A stretch of 64,000 nucleotides of DNA, from assembly GCA_028534125.1 (NCBI GenBank), contig CM052817.1, positions 33,978,001 to 34,042,000 of the forward strand. The letters run 5' to 3'. A program made the position numbers and the translations under genes. Below are positions 37,949-50,118 of the stretch, piece after piece. Position 1 is the stretch's first letter. Every line of letters starts with the position of its first letter. The DNA comes from Lama glama (lineage: Eukaryota). The notes under the pieces were generated by a model that was not told where the DNA came from, did not search any database, and saw only the letters and a program-made list of their open reading frames with translations.

Positions 37949-39847
37949 GTAAATGCTTGGCTTTCTGTGATGATCTGCTTGGAGAACTTTCTGTCCTGTC
38001 CCTAATTATGGGTGACATAGGAACACATGGCTGAATCATAGATAAAATGTTACTGGAGGGGCCTAGAGGGCGTCAAGCAAAATCTTTGTGAGTTTCCCCG
38101 ATCTTTTGATACATAGCGACTTTGGGTACGACTCCAGCCGAAGGTCTGCAAGGCTGTGCGACTCTTCCTAATGAGATTACAGTATGGTTAGCCCATTTGT
38201 CCTGGTGCTGTGAGTAAACCCTGAGAATAAATTAGGCCCTCTGGGAAAGCGGCATTTTAATGCCTTCAGATTCCAGATACTCCCACTTAGTAAAAACACT
38301 TCAGGGAACTCAAGGCCTCTGAAGGCCTAAACAGACCAACACTTCAAAAGAATTGACCCACTTTTAGGGAGTAAATTCCAGAAAAAATAACTCAGTCAGC
38401 TAAGTACCCCATGTCCTTCCTGGGTTCTTAATAGAAGGCAATTCATTCATTTAAAACATTGTGACCTCTTAGAAACAAAAGGAAAATGTGATCGTTGGAT
38501 TTCTGTACCTCATTTCCTGTGAAGAATTCAGTGATTCATCGGTGTTTGTGCTGTTAATATCCTTGCCAGGAGGAGGTTTCCTGGCGAGTCAGGGGAGGGG
38601 TGGGGGAGGAGTATCTTTTTGTTGATGTGAAAGGTGAAGTACTCAGGGCTGAAGAGACATCCCCAGGTTATAGGAGGAGAAAGCGTTTCAGTTCCAGTCC
38701 TGGACTTGTACCTGGACTGGGGTCATCATTGCAGCCTCATCCATGGCATTGCAGAAGACCAAATGCATTTATCCTAGATTGTTGGTCAGAGCGCCCTCAA
38801 GAGTCACAGTTCCTCACTGCAGCATTTGGACACGATCACCTGCTCTGTCTTCCTTATGTAATTGTTGTTAGGGAGACAGAATTGTGCAAATTCTGGCTCC
38901 ATCAAGGTTAATCAAGGGTGAATAAAATTGATTGTCATATTTGCTATAAAGAAGGTTGAAATGGACTCGGCCTCTCTTTAGTTTATTGATTACTCTTCCC
39001 TGGGTGGGTTGCTGAAAAGAAATACAGGTTGATGAGCCACAACTAGCCTCTGGGTCTGGGTCCCTGATTGTCAAGCCAACTATGTTTGTTCTTTGCCATT
39101 CAAGAAAGGTACTCTGTAATTTCCAGGTGGTAATGAAGTATCCTGCTTATTATTAATATGATGGGCAGACATCTGGAAAAATGGGGAAACGATCGCATTA
39201 GCCAAGTCAGGATCACCAGAGCTCACAGATTTTCTTTATAGGGAAAGTCACCCTCAGTAACTCAGAACTCTGCTTAATTATTACTGGATTACGATGTTTG
39301 GAGCCTTCAGTAATTTATCTTACAGCAATGAAGGAAATCAGGGCTTTGTTGTCGGACCCAGACTCAACTGACTGAGAAAGAGTAGATGGAAAACTAACCA
39401 ATTGTAGCCTCGAACCATAGCTCAGCCATTATGAGATAATTTATTTGCAGAATAAATTAGTGAGGCTGGGAGGTGCATAATTCATTTTGGAGAACTCTTT
39501 CAAAATTGGTCAGAATTAAACGAGAAGTATATTTTGGTTATGACATTGATTTCTCTGGAACACCCAATTTCCAGATGGAAAGGACAATTAAAAAACATTT
39601 TATGTGTAATCTGTTGGCCCAACGATGTATCTGTATTATCTTTACACAGTAGAGATGGCAGCATATTTTACCTATGGAATGAGGTTTGTATTTGCTTATG
39701 TGAGGTCCCAGTTGGCCTGAGGCTTTCCCAGTCCACGCCTGGTGTCCCAGAATAATGATTAATGGTACCTCCTGTCACTCACAAGCATCCTGGTTTGGAT
39801 GATCAAGCATTTGCCACTGCATTTCTGAAACTCATAAGGTCCCCTTG

Positions 39848-40323
39848 TGTTACTGAATGCAAGTTTATGTGCCTGATGCACCATGAGGCCAAACAAACGG
39901 AGACATCAGAGTTTGGAGCAGAGAAAGGTTTATTGTAGGGCCAAGCAAGGAGGATGGGGTGGCCCATGCCCAAGAAAACCCCAGACTCCCTGAAGGGTTT
40001 CAGCAAAGCTTATGTAAAGGCCAGGTGAGGGAGGAGGGTCGCAGGGTGCATGATCAGCCGGTGCATGATTCTCTGATTGATTGACGTTGAGGTAACAGGG
40101 CGGTCAACACCATCAACCCCTGGTCGCCAGAAGTCTGGGGGCCACGTGCTCATGATCATCAAGTAGTTCGTTTCTTCCCTTTGATGGTGGTTTTTAACAT
40201 CTGAAAAACTCAGGAAATATGTGGGAAATACTATCATCTGAGTACTTCAGAGAGGAGCCACAGCAGAGGATACGGGGGAGGGACCTGTCCCGGGAAGGCC
40301 GCATAGGGTTCTGCTCACTTACA
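39848..40323 (-). mobile_element. ERV1-class solo LTR (476 bp), antisense to KIT
   Basis: TG...CA termini (tgttac...ttaca), 4-bp TSD CTTG at 39844-39847 and 40324-40327, minus-strand AATAAA at 39929-39934. Confidence 0.88.
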
Positions 40324-40672
40324 CTTGTGCATAAGAATTTATTTGGTTTCCAGAAGTTCTATTTAAACATCTTTCAAGGACTAAGAATAGAGTGAGGCCC
40401 ACACGTTATGTGTACTCGTTGGCCTCTCGATAGTTTTCTAGAATCTTCTCAGAAGCTGAATGATCCTGGGGACTGGGAACTCTGGAAAGCGGCCCACGCG
40501 GAGGGGTCAGAGGAGAACACCTCTCCCCAGCTGTTAGGTGTCACCAGGCTGGCCTGTTCTTCCTTGCCTACGTTCCTTGGAGTGTTACCTGTCTTAGAAA
40601 AAAAGGAACTATGATAATAAAATATTCCCGGAGTTTTAAGAGCTCAAATTGTGGTATCAATCAGACAGTTTT

Positions 40673-40775
40673 GGGGAGGATATAGCGCAGTGGTAGAGTG
40701 CGTGCTTAGCATGCACAAGGTCCTGGGTTCAATCCCAAGTACTTCCACTAAAAAATAAAATTAAGTAAAAACATT
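40673..40775 (+). mobile_element. Camelid tRNA-derived SINE (Vic-1-like)
   Basis: ggggaggatatagcgcagtggtagagtgcgtgcttagcatgcacaaggtcctgggttcaatccc, A-rich tail, TSD core aatcagac at 40659 and 40776. Confidence 0.92.
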
Positions 40776-41157
40776 AATCAGACCCGATTTTGAGTTCCAG
40801 CCAGACATTTCTGGGCCATCTCACCTAAGGAGAGTTGCTGTTTTTGAGACTTTAGTTTCTTCACCTATAAAATTATGATGATGCTAGTGTCCACCACACA
40901 GGGGTGTTTTGAGAATTAAATGAGGTCAAGTGTGTCACGGTCCAAGTTTAGTGCCTGACACCTGACAAACGTTTCCTTAATGTTAGCTCCTACTTGTGAA
41001 TATGAATAGGATAAATTCTGCTTTTGCTCGCAAGGAATAAAGCCGGCAGCCACTGGGGTCACTAGGGATCATTGTTAGGAGTGGCGCTGCTTTAGATCTG
41101 TGTGTTTTCGTGTCTGTGACCAGCCATTTCAACCACTCATTGTTGGTTATGCTGTAG

Positions 41158-41439
41158 ATCCCGAGAAGCTTTTCCTCGTCTTCCTGCCCTTGTACGGGAA
41201 AGAGGACAGCGACACGCTGGTCCGCTGTCCTCTGACGGACCCGGAGGTGACCCATTACTCCCTGACCGGGTGCGAGGGGAAACCTCTTCCCAAGGACCTG
41301 ACGTTTGTCGCTGACCCCAAGGCTGGCATCACCATCAGAAACGTGAAGCGCGAGTATCATCGGCTTTGTCTGCACTGCTCCGCGAACCAAGGGGGCAAGT
41401 CCGTGCTGTCGCAGAAATTCACCCTCAAAGTCCGGGCAG
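41158..41439 (+). CDS. KIT: KIT exon 3 (Ig-like D2)
   Basis: Acceptor gctgtag, 282 nt, [29 protein letters not shown]...KFTLKVRA, donor GTATGG. Confidence 0.99.
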
Positions 41440-42487
41440 GTATGGGCCCGTGCCTCCTTTCCTCCGGGAGTCAGAGCATCCTTTGATCTAAAAGAAGTCT
41501 TCTTTCTTGTCAGTGGTCCATCTTAGTATGTTGGTCACGCAGCTTCTCTGAGTAGTTCCCCTAGCTTCAAAATAACGCCAGCTACTTGTGAATTCTTTAT
41601 TTCACAATCTCAGTCCCACATGACTGGTCCATGACCACCTTCAGCTGCGTGTGTCTACCATGGATGAGTAGACTGTCCTGCGGTCAGTCGTCAAACCTAC
41701 TGACATCAGGACATCCCGAAGTTTTATAATTGCACAAAGTGTAGCTTCCAGGAGAAACTCTTTGGAAAGCCTTAGTCACACTGTTTAAAAAGATGAGCGT
41801 GCAGATTTTCACTCCTTGATTTACTATTGATCTATGAATTGACTGCCTCTTCAGCTATTTAATTTTAATGCCTTGTCAAACGATTCATAATCTAAGGAGG
41901 AAAGTACCAGCTGACAATGGACGTTGTGACTAATGCAGCATTATGTAGAATATTTTGGTAGCTGGAAGATACCTAGATTTTTTTGTATTTCAGAGATCAT
42001 CTAATTCAATACCAGTTGGCATTTAGCGATTGAGTGATTAAGGATTTTGAAAAAGGATGCTCATTGGAATTAAGGAAAGTTTGATGATTTAAAACCTGTG
42101 ATTTTAAGAAACAAGTAAGATACTATTTTTTTACAGTGCCTGGGAAAAATGCCTATTTGGCTGAAAGAATATAATTAGTTGTAGGTCACATCCTCAGGAA
42201 ACCATCGAGGTCATGTGAGGTGAAGATGAAGGCTGCCTCACGATGCCAGGGCTTCTGTCTGTTTCAAAACAGCATTGTTCAGGGGCGTTGTAATCTCAGA
42301 GCAACACTGCTATCTTTGTCACTGGATGGGAATGAGTTTACTTGAGGGATGCATAATTTAATTGCTGATTTCTTCAGATATGCATGTAATACAGATCGGT
42401 TAGTACCCTACCTTATGTTTTATTTAAAAGACCACAAAGTGAGCTGTGGACAGCTGAGGAAAAATGGTAAGTTAAAATGTCATGCTA

Positions 42488-42634
42488 GGGGAGAGGGTAG
42501 AGCTCAGGGGTAGAGTGCGTGCTTAGCATGTTCAAGGTGCTGGGTTCAATCCCTAGTACCTCCACTAAGTAAATAAACAAACCTAATTAATTATCCCAAG
42601 CCGCCAATGTAATAAAGTAAAAAAATTTTTTTAG
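42488..42634 (+). mobile_element. Camelid tRNA-derived SINE (Vic-1-like) ending 60 bp upstream of exon 4
   Basis: tRNA-like head, cctaatta tail, TSD atgtcatgcta at 42477-42487 and 42635-42645. Confidence 0.93.
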
Positions 42635-42694
42635 ATGTCATGCTATCGTACAACCAGTTATTTGAGGGCTGTGTTTCATGTCGTTTTCTTTTAG

Positions 42695-42831
42695 CTATCA
42701 GAGCTGTACCACTTGTGTCTGTGTCCAAAGCAAGCTTTCTTCTCAGGGAAGGGGAGGAATTCACAGTGACGTGCTTGATAAAAGATGTGTCTAGTTCTGT
42801 GGACTCCATGTGGATAAGGGAAAACAGCCAG
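42695..42831 (+). CDS. KIT: KIT exon 4 (D3, first half)
   Basis: Acceptor ttttcttttag, 137 nt, [46 protein letters not shown], donor GTGAGT. Confidence 0.99.
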
Positions 42832-45288
42832 GTGAGTGAATGGCTTCCTCCATTTTTCTCAACATACCATTCTCTCTAGGTGGGAGCTTTGAAGGTTTCT
42901 CTTTAAAAGAGACTATTAATTGTCTGGGGATGGCTCAGCTGGTGTGTCTGTCAGAGGTGGAACCGTCTGGGAGTGTGTTGAGATGCGTTATTTCCCCCTT
43001 TCCTAGCACCATATGTAGATGTGTACGTCCATTATTAGTAACAAAGAAATGTCATTTTGTAAATTTCTTTTGAGAAAATCAGAAACTTCAGACTCATTAT
43101 TACTTTATGCTGTTTCTCTGAATGATTTTTTTAAAGTAATGGTTAACTGTATAAATATCTTGATTTTTAAAGCTATTCAGGCTAGATTATTTAAGATATT
43201 GGGAACAGTTGCCAATTTTTTTCCTTCCATCTATAAAAACAAATGGTCTCAGGTATTAACCAGGATGCTCTTCCCTCCCCCACAAAGTGGCCTATCCACT
43301 TCAGAGATGGATTTCTCTTTGTATGGATCTGATTTCCTCCTTTGCGCCTGGTTACCTGAGATCAGGTTGCTAATGGTTTTCTATTTGTTTTAGTCGCTAT
43401 TAATAAAATGGTAATCTTTAACCTGAAACATTTGGACATGTTTTGGTTATCATTCTTTTGACAAATGCATATTGAATGTCTTCTATATGTCAGATACCAT
43501 GTTAGGCATATCTTAAATAAATTTTAGCCAGTTACATTTGAAGTTTCTCCCCTCCCCCGAATACTCATATTAGTAGCAAGTCTTTAAAATGTCCAATTTC
43601 CCTAATATTTTGCTTTAAGATTCTTATTGATGGAGTTTTCAATAAATTTTTGTTTGAATAATCTTGGCCATCTCATTAATTTGTTCTCATGGTAGTTTTT
43701 CTTTAGTACACATATGTGTTACGTTGGAAATAAACTATCTTTTTCTTCTCCTCTTCATCTTCTTCCTCTTCATGCTCCATATTCAACATTGACATTTTCA
43801 TGCCTGTTTTGAGAATCCTTGGCTAAACAAGTAACCATGGTGATTAGCATAAAGCAAAGCATTATGATGGAATTGGTGCAGACCTGTGATGGATGATAAC
43901 CTTGCTCAGTGAAGCCTGCCATTGGCTAGGAGAATGGAACCAGTGGCTCAGAGAAACAAGTTCTAGTTTTGCATCATATAACTTAATAAAAACCATAGCT
44001 TATGTATGGATTTTTGACTATCCTGATAGAACACAATCCCATGTTAATTGCCTTTCTATGATCCTTGATTTCAGATGAGAGAACAATTTAAACTGTGTGT
44101 GTGTATCTGAGTCTCCGTGTAACTTGAAAATTAGCCTTTTTGAGCCAAGGAATTAAATTGCCCCAGGCAGTTTTGTTCTGAATCATTTTCCCAGGAGCCC
44201 TGCATGCCATTCCCAATTAATCCACTGGCGCTGGTAGATAAGGCTTTAGTGTTGGGAGCTCTGGGGAAATCCCAGCGTGCACCTCCAAGGGTTAAGGAAA
44301 ACCAAATCACGGGCAAACAATATGTAACGTGTGTGACTTGCAGATGGGACTCATGGCTGCATGCCAGGGTTCATCCATAAATCTTTTATTGGTATCCTTT
44401 GGCTTAATTTGGAATACGTAGCACTGTGATAGCACTATGAAATTATTTTAAAAATCCGTAGCATTTGATTTGGATCATTTGGAATAAGTTTAACTCACAG
44501 TGAAGTTTAGGGTAAAATGACTATTGTAGAATTTTTGCAATTGTTTGTTTTAAAATTGTTTGTTTGCGGTTAAAGAGAGTCTTGGAGTTTATTCAACACT
44601 GTGAATCTTGGTTAGCTTTTCTAATACTTCTACGAAAGCCCTCATGTTTTTACTTGCTTTTAATTATGATCTTTGACAGGATCTTAAATTATGGCCTTTG
44701 GGTTTAGGTGTTGATATTGTATCAATTATGACCAAACTATTCCTTTGGGCACCGAAGTGTTCATTGTCCTCTTCAACTCCCTAAACAGGGCCTCCTGGGC
44801 TCTTGCAGGGACTACAAGGAAGAGACTGTGAATCTAGAACACAGTATGTGGCCTGTCCATTGTCACTGCCTTTGCAGAGGAGAAGTCTGTGACGTGGTGG
44901 ACTGGAAGAAGCCAGAGAAAAATGTCTCTTTCCCCTTCTCTTCTTCCTAACAATTGCTCTTAGGCAGCAAAATGTCAGATTTCTGCCAATTATTAGGAGA
45001 CTTTCTTAGAAGGGAATGTCTTTAAGTCGACATAGTGCTCCAAACTCCAAAGGCCTTTAATGACCTTTGTTCTCTCATTCCCTTTTGGAAACAGAAGCTG
45101 AGACAAGTGGCATCTTTGACTTGGCCAAGATCTCACAGTCAGTTAACAAAGCAGGTTTCTCTTCTTTTTATTTCAAAACATTCAACTTTGGCATTTTATG
45201 TGTGCTTATTTTAGTGTAAAAACTTTTCCGAAAATAAAACAACATGAGAAAAACAGAATAGATAAAAATCCCACCATTGTACATAGCA

Positions 45289-45590
45289 GCAACTGTGCAA
45301 TAGAAATATAATATGAGCCTCCTATGTAATTTAAAGTTTTCTAGTAGATACATGACAGAGTAGCAAAAAAGTAAAATTGATTTTAATGTCTTTAATGAAA
45401 TCCAGTATATCCAAAATATTTTATCTTGTAACGAACATAAAATTATTAATGGGATATTTATACTTTTTTTTTTCCATGTGAAGTCTTCAAAATCTGGAAC
45501 ATATTGTATATTTGCAACACAACTCAATTTGTACTTACTGCATTTCAAGTTCTCAGTAGTCATGTGTTTCGTCTTATAAGTGCTGGATTG
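45289..45590. mobile_element. MER33/MER3-like hAT-Charlie element
   Basis: ctgtgcaatagaaatataatatgagcc...tatgtaatttaaagttttctagtag...catttcaagttctcagtagtcatgtg. Confidence 0.78.
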
Positions 45591-46900
45591 CCCATTTTTT
45601 TTTTCATATTTCTTTTCTCTCTGTCCTCATGCATTTGTATTGTCACCTGGTTATAGTTTTAAGGTATACTCATTTTGTGCTTTTTGCATAAAATAAGCAT
45701 TTTTCTTGTTTTCACAGATTCATAGTATTGATACCTGGTATATATTTAGGTGATCTCCAATTTTTCACTGCAGTAAATATCTTGGAGCTTTTGTTTTCTG
45801 TTGAGTTATTTCCTTGAGATAAATGTGCTAGAGTTGATCCGGGGTATGAACATGCCTCCAAGTTGCTTTCTAGAAGGATTGCTCTGATTTACAGTACTGT
45901 CAGAGCGGTCTGATGCTAATAGCTTCACCAAAGCCTGGCCAGTGAATCACCCTTGATCTTGGTCCATGTCAGTATCAACTCCTGTTTACTTTCTTTTTTC
46001 AGTTGCTTTTTTTTTTCGATTGTAGTAGGAATGTATTCACGTTACAGAAAATTTGGAAGATGCAGAACACTCTCCGCTACTCCCTTTCATCTCTTCACAG
46101 TGCGGTTATAGTTTATACTATGGTTTTTTCCCCATGATGTTTTCCATACAAGGAATCTCTCTATGCTTTATCTACAGATAAATATTACCAGGGGGATGGT
46201 GAGATCACAAGAGTAAATTTACAACCATTTTTCTTATGCTTAAAATTTTAAGCTTATTCTTAAAATTGGGCTTTAGTCTCATGTCTCACATACTTTGAAA
46301 CTTCCTTTAACAGTTGCCAGAGTCCTGCTGGGTAAGAACTATAGGGTGAATTCTCAAGTTAGACTTAAACATTGTAATTCTATTTTCATTCATGAAAATA
46401 ATATAAATGCTAATAAAATAGCACGATTGTTATTAGTGATATGTTTTCTTTCAAGCACTGGGATTTAGCATAGAAAAATATATATATAATAGGAAGTATT
46501 AATGTGCTGTACGAAGAGGATACATTTAGTATGCTGATTTGTAAAAATATCAGTATCCTGTAATATTTCCTATGTAGGAACTTCTAAAGTTTGTCACCGT
46601 TAAAAAATATTTAGCACTGCAGAGAATTTGGAATTATGTATGCTATGGTTATGAAGAAATGAATTTTCATGTTTTTTCCCAATCATTAATAATGACTATC
46701 TTTCAATATAATCCTGTAATATGAAGTGTTCCAATGACAGACTTGTCATGATGTTTTATTCTTCTTTCTTAAGTGGTGTATAATGAATGCTAATATGGAA
46801 AAGTTAATTGCTGCTATTTTTAACTTATCTGGGAAAGATCCTGAATATAAATTTTATGGTAATCTTTGATTTTTTTTCCCTTCCCTTCTGAAACCCACAG

Positions 46901-47069
46901 ACTAAAGCACAGGTGAAGCGGAATAGTTGGCATCAGGGTGACTTCAATTTTCTACGTCAGGAAAGACTGACTGTCAGCTCAGCAAGAGTTAACGATTCTG
47001 GAGTGTTCACGTGTTACGCCAATAATACTTTTGGATCAGCAAATGTCACAACAACCTTAGAAGTAGTAG
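46901..47069 (+). CDS. KIT: KIT exon 5 (D3, second half)
   Basis: Long polypyrimidine tract then cccacag, 169 nt, [56 protein letters not shown], donor GTAAAT. Confidence 0.98.
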
Positions 47070-48629
47070 GTAAATATCTCTGGGAATGTAGTGAATGAAG
47101 AAATCACTAGATAGTTTCCTTTTTCTGCTAATGGAATGTTGAACAGATTCTTAGATATTTTATTGTCACTGAATGAATAAGTGAATGAATGAATACATGA
47201 AAGAAAATGATTGTTGTAGCCTCTTCCGGCGAGAGCACAAAAGCAGCTTCTGCCAGTTTCACGGAGGGAAGTGGAAAGCTGTAACTCAAGTTGTTTGAAC
47301 GTGTCATTTGCTGCTTCCCCGATTCCCCCCCAACAGTTGAAATGTAGGTTGAGCTTTCCCCAAAATTCTAGTCCTTGCTGAATGGCTTGAGTTTGGAAAT
47401 GGATGCAGATGCTCCCTTTGGAGGAGTGCATATGCTTAGAGCTTAAAGTATTTCCCCAAGTCATTTCGTGAGGCTCCTCAGCCTTTTGGTTTATCATTTT
47501 ACCGCTCATGGGTGCTAGTGCCTTTGTAGTAGAAAGGGCTGAATTGGGCTTTTCCTCCTCAGTACACCCCTGACCTCACCCTGTCCTCCAACCTTATGGG
47601 CTTATAGCATAAATCTTCAGGAAGGCAGCCCACTGAGCACAGGTCATTGGTTCTACAGAGCATAAACAGAAACCTGGTAACCTGTGCCCTAACTCCATCC
47701 ATCATCTCTGGTATATACGCTGGGTTTAGTCTTCCCTGCTCCAGAAATCTCTACCTAATCTCTACTAAATATCTACCTAATGAGAGCAGACTATAGTGAA
47801 GTACATGATGTTTTTGATTTACTGAAAATAACAATAATTTAAATCATTTATCCTCTTGTCTTTTGAATATTGTTGGCATTTAATCTGTTTTCTTGTCTTT
47901 TTAATGCAACCAAATTCTCAGCTCTTGACTTTTAAGTACTTGTTAGGGTGGTGAAATTCTTCATCATGAGCAATGATAAAATGAAATGATATTTGTGTTC
48001 AGTTCTCTCCTTTCCCCCTTATTTCTTCAATAATTTATGCAGCAATGTTAGAGGTCTGTGATTTCTCCCACAGTAATCGCCTATGATTTTGGCATTTCTG
48101 CCCATGTTGTAATGGAAAGTATCTCACCAGACTGAATGTGGAAGAGACACTTTACTTGCAATTATAAAGCCAGCCCAGAGAAAGAGTACTGCTCTGTCCC
48201 TAAACATGGTTGTGAACCATTTATTAATTTGAATAAAAGGCTATGCTTTTAAAATATTAAACTCCATAAGTGCTAATTTGCTAAGTTGATTAGGGAGCAT
48301 GTTGATATATCAGCTTCAGCTCCAGAAAGCAATTAGTAAGGATGTTTTGAGCATATTGTTGTATGTAATCAGATTTTTAAAATCCATTCATCAATTTCCA
48401 AGAATATAACTGTATAACTGGAAAGACTTGGGACTGTGAAACCTGAATCTGGTTTTGTGCTGTTTCAGGAGCGCGTTGGAGTGGAACAAGGACAGGAAGA
48501 GACAAAGAGAAAACTAATTTCTTTAGGGGCTGGAAATAGGATTTGGACATGAGATGGAGTGGTGCAGAGCACGGGGCTTCGGGATGGCCCCGACCTGGTT
48601 TTGAGCTGGGGCTCTGTCACTTAACTTTT

Positions 48630-48716
48630 TTTTTTTTTTATTTTTTATTGAAGTGTAGTCAATTTACAATGTTGTGGTAGTTTCTGGTATACAGTGTAGT
48701 GATTCAATTTTTTATC

Positions 48717-48751
<35 letters not shown>

Positions 48752-48858
48752 GTACTTTTTCACTACAGGTTATTATAAGATATTGAATCTAGTTCCCAGT
48801 ACTATATACAGCAGGGCCTTGTTGTTTATGTATTTTATATATCGTAGTTTGCATGCTG
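48630..48858 (-). mobile_element. 5'-truncated L1 3' end with internal (CA)14, inserted into a MIR
   Basis: Poly-T tail then attgaagtgtagtcaatttacaatgttgtg; TSD cttaactttt at 48620-48629 and 48859-48868; MIR-like sequence on both sides. Confidence 0.88.
48721..48748. repeat. (CA)14 microsatellite
   Basis: Direct reading. Confidence 0.97.
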
Positions 48859-50061
48859 CTTAACTTTTGAATGCATCTCACTTTAATTTTCTCTTCTGAG
48901 AAGCACAGCCTCTAACTCCCAAAGCTGCGGAAAGGAGAAAGGCAATGGCTTTTATAGATGTGCCTGGCATAGTGTTAGCACTTGATTAAATGTTAATGTA
49001 TCACCAATTTCTTAATGCACACTTACTTGAAGAAATCATTTTTTATGTTATAACAACTCGAGTGGGGCTCTTTGATTCTAGTAATTCTTATACTTCATGA
49101 ATTTGAGACTGTGTTCTATTATAGGACATAAAACTATGTTGAGCAAACTAGACTACAGATAAACTCTGGAGGAACTGAAGTATTTTATACATATACGTGA
49201 TTGTGAGAGAAAAGAGTGCAAATGTTGTTGCCTGTAATATTTAAATATTTTGCATTCTGTAGTATCTTTGACTTTATGACCTTGAGTACCTGAACATTTA
49301 ATGTAGCATTCAGACAAGACATTAATTTCCTCGAAATTAACCTAAATTAGCTTAAAGAATGGCGGAGGAGGGGGTACCATTTATGATTCAGATATTACAA
49401 TAAGGGGGTGATTTCCATCCTTGATTTCATTTGGATGATGTTTTATTTTCACCTGAAAAATATGTCTTCCATCAGTACAAAGGGCAGTTGGACTCCATTT
49501 TTTATTCTGAATCTGTAGGAAACTAAAGGACAGTAAATAGTCTGATGAGAACCTCATGTGGGATATAATTATATTTAGCCAAGTAGTGCCAAAGATAAGG
49601 ACAATTTAAAATTTTATAATTAACTTTCCAATTTTGAAAAATAAATAGAAGAATAAGGTTAAAACTCTTCCGTAATTCTGCTGACTTGATATAACCATTT
49701 TTAGGTTTTGGCATATTGTTTATATTTTTACATGCAACAGGGGTTTAATTATACATATAATTTCATCTTCTCTCTCTTTCTCACTTAAAGTGTATAGAGA
49801 CTCCAGGTGTGCTGCAGGCAGAAGAGGCCAGCCTTGGGTAGCCAGCTATATGGCTTTCCAGGACTTGATTTTTTTCATCTATAAATTATGAGTCACAAGC
49901 GGTTTCTTTCAGTATTGTTATAACAGTGAATATTTGCTATAATTATTAAATAAAATGTATGTTAAAGTACTCAGGGCAGTTCTTGGCACATAGCAGGCAT
50001 TCCATAAATGGAGACTATAAATATAATATTGACAATTATTTTACTGTAGTCTTTTCCAAGC

Positions 50062-50062
<1 letters not shown>

Positions 50063-50117
<55 letters not shown>
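50063..50117. repeat. (TTA)~18 microsatellite
   Basis: Direct reading; gives the poly-Tyr run in the ORF track. Confidence 0.97.

Positions 50118-50118
<1 letters not shown>

Noticed and set aside
38058..38074. Partial CTCF-like motif GGGGCCTAGAGGGCGTC (also GCATCTGGTGGC near 33467 and CCGCCAGGAGGTGA at 63835)
   Set aside because: Mismatches at key positions of the core consensus
40673..40747. tRNA-like sequence with A and B boxes (also at 12067, 24474, 42488, 58663)
   Set aside because: A-rich tails, TSDs and mutual divergence show these are SINEs, not tRNA genes
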